From Squalus acanthias (lineage: Eukaryota), in NCBI GenBank assembly GCA_030390025.1, contig CM059431.1, positions 98,272,001 to 98,336,000 of the forward strand: a stretch of DNA of 64,000 nt, given 5' to 3'. This document shows positions 45,001 through 57,000 of this stretch, piece after piece. Each line of letters opens with the position of its first letter. The first letter of the stretch is position 1. The notes beneath the pieces are model-generated. The model saw nothing but the letters and a program-made list of their open reading frames with translations. It made no database searches and was not told the origin of the DNA. Made by a program: the position numbers and the translations under genes.

Positions 45001-48000
45001 GAATCGTCAGTGGGAGTCAGTAACTAGAGTCGTCAATGGGAGCCATAACTAGAATCGTCAGTGGGAGTCAGTAACTAGAATCGTCAGTGGGAGTCAGTAA
45101 CTAGAATCGTGAGTGGGAGTCAGTAACTAGAGTCGTCAGTGGGAGCCATAACTAGAATCGTCAGTGGGAGTCAGTAACTGGAGTCGTCAGTGGGAGCCAT
45201 AACTAGCATCATCAGTGGGAGTCAGTAACTAGAGTCGTCAGTGGGAGCCATAACTAGAATCGTCAGTGGGAGTCAGTAACTAGGATCGTCAGTGGGAGTC
45301 AGTAACTAGAATCGTCAGTGGGAGTCAGTAACTAGAATCGTCAGTGGGAGTCAGTAACTAGGATCGTCAGTGGGAGTCAGTAACTAGAATCGTCAGTGGG
45401 AGCCATAACTAGAATCTTCAGTGGGAGTCAGTAACTAGGATCGTCAGTGGGAGTCAGTAACTAGGATCGTCAGTGGGAGTCAGTAACTAGAATCGTCAGT
45501 GGGAGTAAGTAACTGGATTCTTCAGTAGGAATCAGGAGCTAGAATCGTCAGTGGGAGTCAGTAACTAGATTCTTCAGTAGGAGTCAGTAACTAGAATCGT
45601 CAGTGGGAGTCAGTAACTAGATTCTTCAGTGGGAGTCAGTAACTAGATTCTTCAGTAGGAGTCAGTAACTAGAATCGTCAGTGGGAGTCAGTAACTAGAT
45701 TCTTCAGTAGGAGTCAGTAACTAGAATCGTCAGTGGGAGTCAGTAACTAGATTCTTCAGTAGGAGTAAGTAACTAGAATCGTCAGTGGGAGTCAGTAACT
45801 AGATTCTTCAGTAGGAGTCAGTAACTAGAATCGTCAGTGGGAGTCAGTAACTAGATTCTTCAGTAGGAGTCAGTAACTAGACTCGTCAGTGGGAGTCAGT
45901 AACTAGATTCTTCAGTAGGAGTCAGTAACTAGGATCGTCAGTGGGAGTCAGTAACTAGGATCGTCAGTGGGAGTCAGTAACTAGGATCGTCAGTGGAAGT
46001 CAGTAACGAGAATCGTCTGTGGTTTTCAGTAACTAGAATCGTCAGTGGGAGTCAGTAACTAGATTCTTCAGTGGGAGTCAGTAACTAGGATCGTCAGTGG
46101 GAGTCAGTAACTAGGATCGTCAGTGGGAGTCAGTAACTAGATTCTTCAGTGGGAGTCAGTAACTAGGATCGTCAGTGGGAGTCAGTAACTAGATTCTTCA
46201 GTGGGAGTCAGTAACTAGGATCGTCAGTGGGTGTCAGTAACTAGAGTCGTCAGTGGGAGTCAGTAACTAGAATCGTCAGTGGGAGTCAGTAACTAGGATC
46301 GTCAGTGGGAGTCAGTAACTAGGATCGTCAGTGGGAGTCAGTAACTAGAATCGTCAGTGGGAGTCAGTAACTAGTATCGTCAGTGGGAGTCAGTAACTAG
46401 AATCGTCAGTGGGAGTCAGTAACTAGAGTCGTCAGTGGGAGTCAGTAACTAGTATCGTCAGTGGGAGTCAGTAACTAGAATCGTCAGTGGGATTCAGTAA
46501 CTAGTATCGTCAGTGGGAGTCAGTAACTAGAGTCGTCAGTGGGAGTCAGTAACTAGTATCATCAGTGGGAGTCAGTAACTAGGATCGTCAGTGGGAGTCA
46601 GTAACTAGATTCTTCAGTGGGATTCAGTAACTAGTATCGTCAGTGGGAGTCAGTAACTAGAATCGTCAGTGGGAGTCAGTAACTAGTATCGTCAGTGGGA
46701 GTCAGTAACTAGAATCGTCAGTGGGAGTCAGTAACTAGATTCTTCAGTGGGAGTCAGTAACTAGTATCGTCAGTGGGAGTCAGTAACTGGAATCGTCAGT
46801 GGGAGTCAGTAACTAGAATCGTCAGTGGGAGTCAGTAACTAGAATCGTCAGTGGGAGTCAGTAACTAGGATCATCAGTGGGAGTCAGTAACTAGAATCAT
46901 CAGTGGGAGTCAGTAACTAGAGTCGTCAGTGGGAGTCAGTAACTAGATTCTTCAGTGGGAGTCAGTAACTAGGATCGTCAGTGGGAGTCAGTAACTAGGA
47001 TCGTCAGTGGGAGTCAGTAACTAGGATCGTCAGTGGGAGTCAGTTACTAGAGTCGTCAGTGGGAGCCATAACTAGAATCATCAGTGGGAGTCAGTAACTA
47101 GAGTTGTCAGTGAGAGTTAGTAACTAGATTCGTCAGCGGGAGTCAGTAACTAGGATCGTCAGTGGGAGTCAGTAACTAGAATCATCAGTGGCAGTCAGTA
47201 ACTAGAGTCGTCAGTGGGAGTCAGTAACTAGATTCTTCAGTGAGAGTCAGTAACTAGAGTCGTCAGTGGGAGTCAGTAACTAGAATCGTCAGTGGGAGTC
47301 AGTAACTAGGATCGTCAGTGGGAGTCAGTAACTAGAATCATCAGAGGGAGTCAGTAACTAGGATCGTCAGTGGGAGTCAGTAACTAGGATCGTCAGTGGG
47401 AGTCAGTAACTAGAATCGTCAGAGGGAGTCAGTAACTAGGATCGTCAGTGGGAGTCAGTAACTAGGATCGTCAGTGGGAGTCAGTAACTAGAGTCGTCAG
47501 TGAGAGTCAGTAACTAGATTCTTCAGTGGGAGTCAGTAACTAGGATCATCAGTGGGAGTCAGTATTAGAATCATCAGTGGGAGTCAGTAACTAGAATCGT
47601 CAGTGGGAGTCAGTAACTGGTATCGTCAGTGGGAGTCAGTAACTAGATTCTTCAGTGGGAGTCAGTAACTAGAATCGTCAGTGGGAGTCAGTAACTAGAA
47701 TCTTCAGTGGGAGTCAGTAACTAGGATCGTCAGTGGGAGTCAGTAACTAGATTCTTCAGTGGGAGTCAGTGACTAGATTCGTCAGTGGGAGTCAGTAACT
47801 AGAATCGTCAGTGGGAGTCAGTAACTAGATTCTTCAGTGGGAGTCAGTAACTAGAATCGTCAGTGGGAGTCAGTAACTAGAATCGTCAGTGGGAGTCAGT
47901 AACTAGAATCGTCAGTGGGAGTCAGTAACTAGATTCTTCAGTGAGAGTCAGTAACTAGGATCGTCAGTGGGAGTCAGTAACTAGAATAGTCAGTGGGAGT

Positions 48001-51000
48001 CAGTAACTAGGATCGTCAGTGGAAGTCAGTAACAAGGATCGTCAGTGGGAGTCAGTAACTAGGATCGTCAGTGGGAGTCAGTAACAAGGATCGTCAGTGG
48101 GAGTCAGTAACTAGGATAGTCAGTGGGAGTCAGTAACTAGATTCTTCAGTGGGAGTCAGCAACTAGATTCTTCAGTGGGAGTCAGTAACTAGATTCTTCA
48201 GTGGGAGTCAGCAACTAGATTCTTCAGTGGGAGTCAGTAACTAGATTCTTCAATGAGAGTCAGTAACTTGGATCATCAGTGGGAGTCAGTAACTAGAATC
48301 ACTAGTGGGAGTCAGTAACGAGAGTCGTCAGTGGGAGTCAGTTACTAGATTCTTCAGTGGGAGTCAGTAACTAGGATCGTCAGTGGGAGTCAGTAACTAG
48401 GATCGTCAGTGGGAGTCAGTAACAAGGATCGTCAGTGGGAGTCAGTAACTAGGATCGTCAGTGGGAGTCATTAACTAGATTTTTCAGTGGGAGTCGGTAA
48501 CTAGATTCTTCAGTGGGAGTCAGTAACTAGATTCTTCAATGGGAGTCAGTAACTTGGATCATCAGTGGTAGTCAGTAACAAGAATCACCAGTGGGAGTCA
48601 GTAACAAGAGTCATCAGTGGGAGTCAGTAACTAGATTCTTCAGTGGGAGTCAGTAACTAGGATCGTCAGTGGGAGTCAGTAACTAGAATCGTCAGTGGGA
48701 GTCAGTAACTAGGATCGTCAGTGGGAGTCAGTAACTAGGATCGTCAGTGAGAGTCAGTAACTGGGATCGTCAGTGGGAGTCAGTAACTAGGATCGTCAGT
48801 GGGAGTCACTAACTAGGATCGTCAGTGGGAGTCAGTAACTAGGATCGTCAGTGGGAGTCAGTAACTAGATTCTTCAGTGGGAGTCAGTAACTAGGATCGT
48901 CAGTGGGAGTCAGTCACTAAATTCTTCAGTGGGAGTCAGTAACTAGATTCTTCAGTGGTAGTCAGTAACTAGAGTCGTCAGTGGGAGTCAGTAACTAGAA
49001 TCGTCAGTGGGAGTCAGTAACTAGGATCGTCAGTGGGAGTCAGTAACTAGAATCATCAGAGGGAGTCAGTAACTAGGATCGTCAGTGGGAGTCAGTAACT
49101 AGGATCGTCAGTGGGAGTCAGTAACTAGAATCGTCAGAGGGAGTCAGTAACTAGGATCGTCAGTGGGAGTCAGTAACTAGGATCGTCAGTGGGAGTCAGT
49201 AACTAGAGTCGTCAGTGAGAGTCAGTAACTAGATTCTTCAGTGGGAGTCAGTAACTAGGATCATCAGTGGGAGTCAGTATTAGAATCATCAGTGGGAGTC
49301 AGTAACTAGAATCGTCAGTGGGAGTCAGTAACTGGTATCGTCAGTGGGAGTCAGTAACTAGATTCTTCAGTGGGAGTCAGTAACTAGAATCGTCAGTGGG
49401 AGTCAGTAACTAGAATCTTCAGTGGGAGTCAGTAACTAGGATCGTCAGTGGGAGTCAGTAACTAGATTCTTCAGTGGGAGTCAGTGACTAGATTCGTCAG
49501 TGGGAGTCAGTAACTAGAATCGTCAGTGGGAGTCAGTAACTAGATTCTTCAGTGGGAGTCAGTAACTAGAATCGTCAGTGGGAGTCAGTAACTAGAATCG
49601 TCAGTGGGAGTCAGTAACTAGAATCGTCAGTGGGAGTCAGTAACTAGATTCTTCAGTGAGAGTCAGTAACTAGGATCGTCAGTGGGAGTCAGTAACTAGA
49701 ATAGTCAGTGGGAGTCAGTAACTAGGATCGTCAGTGGAAGTCAGTAACAAGGATCGTCAGTGGGAGTCAGTAACTGGGATCGTCAGTGGGAGTCAGTAAC
49801 AAGGATCGTCAGTGGGAGTCAGTAACTAGGATAGTCAGTGGGAGTCAGTAACTAGATTCTTCAGTGGGAGTCAGCAACTAGATTCTTCAGTGGGAGTCAG
49901 TAACTAGATTCTTCAATGAGAGTCAGTAACTTGGATCATCAGTGGGAGTCAGTAACTAGAATCACTAGTGGGAGTCAGTAACGAGAGTCGTCAGTGGGAG
50001 TCAGTTACTAGATTCTTCAGTGGGAGTCAGTAACTAGGATCGTCAGTGGGAGTCAGTAACTAGGATCGTCAGTGGGAGTCAGTAACAAGGATCGTCAGTG
50101 GGAGTCAGTAACTAGGATCGTCAGTGGGAGTCATTAACTAGATTTTTCAGTGGGAGTCAGTAACTAGATTCTTCAGTGGGAGTCAGTAACTAGATTCTTC
50201 AATGGGAGTCAGTAACTTGGATCATCAGTGGTAGTCAGTAACAAGAATCACCAGTGGGAGTCAGTAACAAGAGTCGTCAGTGGGAGTCAGTAACTAGATT
50301 CTTCAGTGGGAGTCAGTAACTAGGATCGTCAGTGGGAGTCAGTAACTAGAATCGTCAGTGGGAGTCAGTAACTAGGATCGTCAGTGGGAGTCAGTAACTA
50401 GGATCGTCAGTGAGAGTCAGTAACTGGGATCGTCAGTGGGAGTCAGTAACTAGGATCGTCAGTGGGAGTCAGTAACTAGGATCGTCAGTGGGAGTCAGTA
50501 ACTAGGATCGTCAGTGGGAGTCAGTAACTAGATTCTTCAGTGGGAGTCAGTAACTAGATTCTTCAGTGGTAGTCAGTAACTAGATTCTTCAGTGGGAGTC
50601 AATAACTAGGATCGTCAGTGGGAGTCAGTAACTAGGATCGTCAGTGGGAGTCAGTAACTAGAGTCGTCAGTGGGAGTCAGTAACTAGAATCGTCAGTGGG
50701 AGTCAGTAACTAGAGTCGTCAGTGGGAGCTATAACTAGAATCGTCAATGGGAGTCAGTAACTAGAATCGTCAGTGGGAGTCAGTAACTAGAATCGTCAGT
50801 GGGAGTCAGTAACTAGGATCGTCAGTGGGAGTCAGTAACTAGAATCGTCAGAGGGAGTCAGTAACTAGAATCTTCACTTGGAGTCAGTAACTAGAATCGT
50901 CAGTGGGAGTCAGTAACTAGAGTCGTCAGTGGGAGTCAGTAACTAGAGTCGTCAGTGGGAGTCAGTAACTAGAATCGTCAGTGGGAATCAGTAACTAGAG

Positions 51001-54000
51001 TCGTCAGTGGGAGTCAGTAACTAGAATCGTCAGTGGGAGTCAGTAACTAGAATCGTCAGTGGGAGTCAGTAACTAGAATCGTCAGTGAGAGTCAGTAACT
51101 AGAATCTTCAGTGGGAGTCAGTAACTAGGATCGTCAGTGGGAGTCAGTAACTAGAATCGTCAGTGGGAGTCAGTAACTAGAATCTTCACTGGGAGTCAGT
51201 AACTAGATTCTTCAGTGGGAGTCAGTAACTAGGATCGTCAGTGGGAGTCAGTAACTAGGATCGTCAGTGGGAGTCAGTAACTAGAATCTTCAGTGGGAGT
51301 CAGTAACTAGAATCGTCAGTGGGAGTCAGTAACTAGGATCGTCAGTGGGAGTCAGTAACTAGAGTCGTCAGTGGGAGTCAGTAACTAGGATCGTCAGTGA
51401 GAGTCAGTAACTAGAATCGTCAGTGGGAGTCAGTAACTAGGATCGTCAGTGGGAGTCAGTAACTAGAATCGACAGTGGGAGTCAGTAACTAGAATCATCA
51501 GTGGGAGTCAGTAACTAGAATCGTCAGTGGGAGTCAGTAGGTAGAATCTTCAGTGGGAGTCAGTAACTAGAATCATCAGTGGGAGTCAGTAACTAGAATC
51601 GTCAGTGGGAGTCAGGAGGTAGAATCTTCAGTGGGAGTCAGTAACTAGGATCGTCAGCGGGAGTCAGTAACTAGGATCGTCAGTGCGAGTCAGTAACTAC
51701 GATCGTCAGTGGGAGTCAGTAAGTAGAATCGTCAGTGGGAGTCAGTAACTAGATTCTTCAGTAGGAGTCAGTAACTAGAATCGTCAGTGGGAGTCAGTAA
51801 CTAGATTCTTCAGTCGGAGTCAGTAACTAGAATCCTCAGTGGGAGTCAGTAACTAGATTCTTCAGTGGGAGTCAGTAACTAGGATCGTCAGTGGGAGTCA
51901 GTAACTAGGATCGTCAGTGGGAGTCAGTAACTAGGATCGTCAGTGGGAGTCAGTAACTAGATTCTTCAGTGGGAGTCAGTAACTAGAATCGTCAGAGGGA
52001 GTCAGTGACTAGGATCGTCAGTGGAAGTCAGTAACTAGAGTCGTCAGTGCGAGTCAGTAACTAGGATCATCAGTGGGAGTCAGTAACTAGAATCATCAGT
52101 GGGAGTCAGTAACCAGAGTCGTCAGTGGGAGTCAGTAACTAGATTCTTCAGTGGGAGTCAGTAACTAGAATCATCAGTGGGAGTCAGTAACTAGGATCGT
52201 CAGTGGGAGTCAGTAACTAGGATCGTCAGTGGGAGTCAGTAACTAGGATCGTCAGTGAGAGTCAGTAACTGGGATCGTCAGTGGGAGTCAGTAACTAGGA
52301 TCGTCAGTGGGAGTCAGTAACTAGGATCGTCAGTGGGAGTCAGTAACTAGGATCGTCAGTGGGAGTCAGTAACTAGATTCTTCAGTGGGAGTCAGTAACT
52401 AGGATCGTCAGTGAGAGTCAGTAACTAAATTCTTCAGTGGGAGTCAGTAACTAGAATCGTCAGTGGGAGTCAGTAACTATAGTCGTCAGTGGGAGCTATA
52501 ACTAGAATCGTCAATGGGAGTCAGTAACTAGAATCGTCAGTGGGAGGCAGTAACTAGAATCGTCAGTGGGAGTCAGTAACTAGGATCGTCAGTGGGAGTC
52601 AGTAACTAGAATCGTCAGAGGGAGTCAGTAACTAGAATCTTCACTTGGAGTCAGTAACTAGAATCGTCAGTGGGAGTCAGTAACTAGAGTCGTCAGTGGG
52701 AGTCAGTAACTAGAGTCGTCAGTGGGAATCAGTAACTAGAGTCGTCAGTGGGAGTCAGTAACTAGAATCGTCAGTGGGAGTCAGTAACTAGAATCGTCAG
52801 TGGGAGTCAGTAACTAGAATCGTCAGTGAGAGTCAGTAACTAGAATCTTCAGTGGGAGTCAGTAACTAGGATCGTCAGTGGGAGTCAGTAACTAGAATCG
52901 TCAGTGGGAGTCAGTAACTAGAATCGTCACTGGGAGTCAGTAACTAGATTCTTCAGTGGGAGTCAGTAACTAGGATCGTCAGTGGGAGTCAGTAACTAGG
53001 ATCGTCAGTGGGAGTCAGTAACTAGAATCTTCAGTGGGAGTCAGTAACTAGAATCGTCAGTGGGAGTCAGTAACTAGGATCGTCAGTGGGAGTCAGTAAC
53101 TAGAGTCGTCAGTGGGAGTCAGTAACTAGGATCGTCAGTGAGAGTCAGTAACTAGAATCGTCAGTGGGAGTCAGTAACTAGGATCGTCAGTGGGAGTCAG
53201 TAACTAGAATCGTCAGTGGGAGTCAGTAACTAGAATCATCAGTGGGAGTCAGTAACTAGAATCGTCAGTGGGAGTCAGTAGGTAGAATCTTCAGTGGGAG
53301 TCAGTAACTAGGATCGTCAGCGGGAGTCAGTAACTAGGATCGTCAGTGCGAGTCAGTAACTACGATCGTCAGTGGGAGTCAGTAAGTAGAATCGTCAGTG
53401 GGAGTCAGTAACTAGATTCTTCAGTAGGAGTCAGTAACTAGAATCGTCAGTGGGAGTCAGTAACTAGATTCTTCAGTCGGAGTCAGTAACTAGAATCCTC
53501 AGTGGGAGTCAGTAACTAGATTCTTCAGTGGGAGTCAGTAACTAGGATCGTCAGTGGGAGTCAGTAACTAGGATCGTCAGTGGGAGTCAGTAACTAGGAT
53601 CGTCAGTGGGAGTCAGTAACTAGATTCTTCAGTGGGAGTCAGTAACTAGAATCGTCAGAGGGAGTCAGTGACTAGGATCGTCAGTGGAAGTCAGTAACTA
53701 GAGTCGTCAGTGAGAGTCAGTAACTAGGATCGTCAGTGGGAGTCAGTAACTAGGATCGTCAGTGGGAGTCAGTAACTTGAGTCGTCAGTGAGAGTCAGTA
53801 ACTAGATTCTTCAGTGGGAGTCAGTAACTAGGATCATCAGTGGGAGTCAGTAACTAGAATCATCAGTGGGAGTCAGTAACCAGAGTCGTCAGTGGGAGTC
53901 AGTAACTAGATTCTTCAGTGGGAGTCAGTAACTAGAATCGTCAGTGGGAGTCAGTAACTAGGATCGTCAGTGGGAGTCAGTAACTAGGATCGTCAGTGGG

Positions 54001-57000
54001 AGTCAGTAACTAGGATCGTCAGTGGGAGTCAGTAACTAGAATCGTCAGTGGGAGTCAGTAACTAGATTCTTCAGTGGGAGTCAGTAACTAGAATCGTCAG
54101 TGGGAGTCAGTAACTAGGAACTTCAGTGGGAGTCAGTAACTAGAATCGTCAGTGGGAGTCAGTAACTAGATTCTTCAGTGGGAGTCAGTAACTAGATTCT
54201 TCAGTGGGAGTCAGTAACTAGATTCTTCAGTGGGAGTCAGTAACTAGATTCTTCAGTGGGAGTCAATAACTAGAATCGTCAGTGGGAGTCAGGAACTAGA
54301 ATCGTCAGTGGGAGTCAGTAACTAGAATCGTCAGTGGGAGTCAGTAACTAGATTCTTCAGTGGGAGTCAGTAACTAGATTCTTCGGTGGGAGTCAGTAAC
54401 TAGATTCTTCGGTGGGAGTCAGTAACTAGATTATTCAGTGGGAGTCAGTAACTAGATTCTTCAGTGGGAGTCAGTAACTAGAATCGTCAGTGGGAGTCAG
54501 TAACTAGGATCGTCAGTGGGAGTCAGTAACTAGGATCGTCAGTGGGAGTCAGTAACTAGATTCTTCAGTGGGAGTCAGTAACTAGATTCTTCGGTGGGAG
54601 TCAGTAACTAGATTATTCAGTGGGAGTCAGTAACTAGATTCTTCAGTGGGAGTCAGTAACTAGAATCGTCAGTGGGAGTCAGTAACTAGGATCGTCAGTG
54701 GGAGTCAGTAACTAGATTCTTCAGTGGGAGTCAGTAACTAGAATCGTCAGTGGGAGTCAGTAACTGGAATCGTCAGTGGGAGTCAGTAACTAGATTCTTC
54801 AGTGGGAGTCAGTAACTAGGATCGTCAGTGGGAGTCAGTAACTAGAATCGTCAGTGGGAGTCAGTAACTAGATTCTTCAGTGAGAGTCAGTAACTAGGAA
54901 CGTCAGTGGGAGTCAGTAACTAGAATCGTCAGTGGGAGTCAGTAACTAGGATCGTCAGTGGGAGTCAGTAACAAGGATCGTCAGTGGGAGTCAGTAACTA
55001 GGATCGTCAGTGGGAGTCAGTAACTAGATTATTCAGTGGGAGTCAGTAACTAGATTCTTCAGTGGGAGTCAGTAACTAGATTCTTCAGTGGGAGTCAGTC
55101 ACTAGATTCTTCAATGGGAGTCAGTAACTTGGATCATCAGTGAGAGTCAGTAACTAGGATCGTCAGTGGGAGTCAGTAACTAGATTCTTCAGTGGGAGTC
55201 AGTAACTTGGATCGTCAGTGGGAGTCAGTAACTAGGATCGTCAGTGGGAGTCAGTAACTAGAATCGTCAGTGGGAGTCAGTAACTAGGATCGTCAGTGGG
55301 AGTCAGTAACTAGATTCTTCAGTGGGAGTCAGTGACTAGATTCTTCAGTGGGAGTCAGTAACTAGATTCTTCAGTGGGAGTCAGTAACTAGATTCTTCAG
55401 TGGGAGTCAGTAACTAGGATCGTCAGTGGGAGTCAGTAACTAGATTCTTCAGTGGGAGTCAGTAACTAGATTCTTCAGTGGTAGTCAGTAACGAGATTCT
55501 TCAGTGGGAGTCAATAACTAGGATCGTCAGTGGGAGTCAGTAACTAGAATCGTCAGTGGGAGTCAGTAACTGGAATCTTCAGTGGGAGTCAGTAACTAGG
55601 ATCGTCAGTGGGAGCCATAACTAGAATCGTCAGTGGGATTCAGTAACTAGGATCGTCAGTGGGAGTCATTAACTAGATTCTTCAGTGGGAGTCAATAACT
55701 AGATTCTTCAGTGGTAGTCAGTAACGAGCTTCTTCATTGGGAGTCAATAACTAGGATCGTCAGTGGGAGTCAGTAACTAGAATCGTCAGTGGCAGTCAGT
55801 AACTGGAATCTTCAGTGGGAGTCAGTAACTAGGATCGTCAGTGGGAGCCATAACTAGAATCGTCAGTGGGAGTCAGTAACTAGGATCGTCAGTGGGATTC
55901 TGTAACTAGAATCGTCAGTGGGAGTCAGTAACTAGAGTCGTCAATGGGAGCCATAACTAGAATCGTCAGTGGGAGTCAGTAACTAGATTCTTCAGTAGGA
56001 ATCAGGAGCTAGAATCGTCAGTGGGAGTCAGTAACTAGATTCTTCAGTAGGAGTCAGTAACTAGAATCATCAGTGGGAGTCAGTAACTAGATTCTTCAGT
56101 GGGAGTCAGTAACTAGATTCTTCAGTAGGAGTCAGTAACTAGAATCGTCAGTGGGAGTCAGTAACTAGATTCTTCAGTAGGAGTAAGTAACTAGAATCGT
56201 CAGTGGGAGTCAGTAACTAGATTCTTCAGTAGGAGTCAGTAACTAGAATCGTCAGTGGGAGTCAGTAACTAGATTCTTCAGTAGGAGTCAGTAACTAGAC
56301 TCGTCAGTGGGAGTCAGTAACTAGATTCTTCAGTAGGAGTCAGTAACTAGGATCGTCAGTGGGAGTCAGTAACTGGGATCGTCAGTGGGAGTCAGTAACT
56401 AGGATCGTCAGTGGAAGTCAGTAACTAGAATCGTCTGTGGTTTTCAGTAACTAGAATCGTCAGTGGGAGTCAGTAACTAGATTCTTCAGTGGGAGTCAGT
56501 AACTAGGATCGTCAGTAGGCGTCTGTAACTAGAATCGTCAGTGGGAGTCAGTAACAGGATCGTCAGTGGGAGTCAGTAACTAGATTCTTCAGTGGGAGTC
56601 AGTAACTTGGATCGTCAGTGGGAGTCAGTAACTAGATTCTTCAGTGGGAGTCAGTAACTAGGATCGTCAGTGGGTGTCAGTAACTAGAGTCGTCAGTGGG
56701 AGTCAGTAACTAGAATCGTCAGTGGGAGTCAGTAACTAGGATCGTCAGTGGGAGTCAGTAACTAGGATCGTCAGTGGGAGTCAGTAACTAGAATCGTCAG
56801 TGGGAGTCAGTAACTAGTATCGTCAGTGGGAGTCAGTAACTAGAATCGTCAGTGGGAGTCAGTAACTAGAGTCGTCAGTGGGAGTCAGTAACTAGTATCG
56901 TCAGTGGGAGTCAGTAACTAGAATCGTCAGTGGGATTCAGTAACTAGTGTCGTCAGTGGGAGTCAGTAACTAGAGTCGTCAGTGGGAGTCAGTAACTAGT

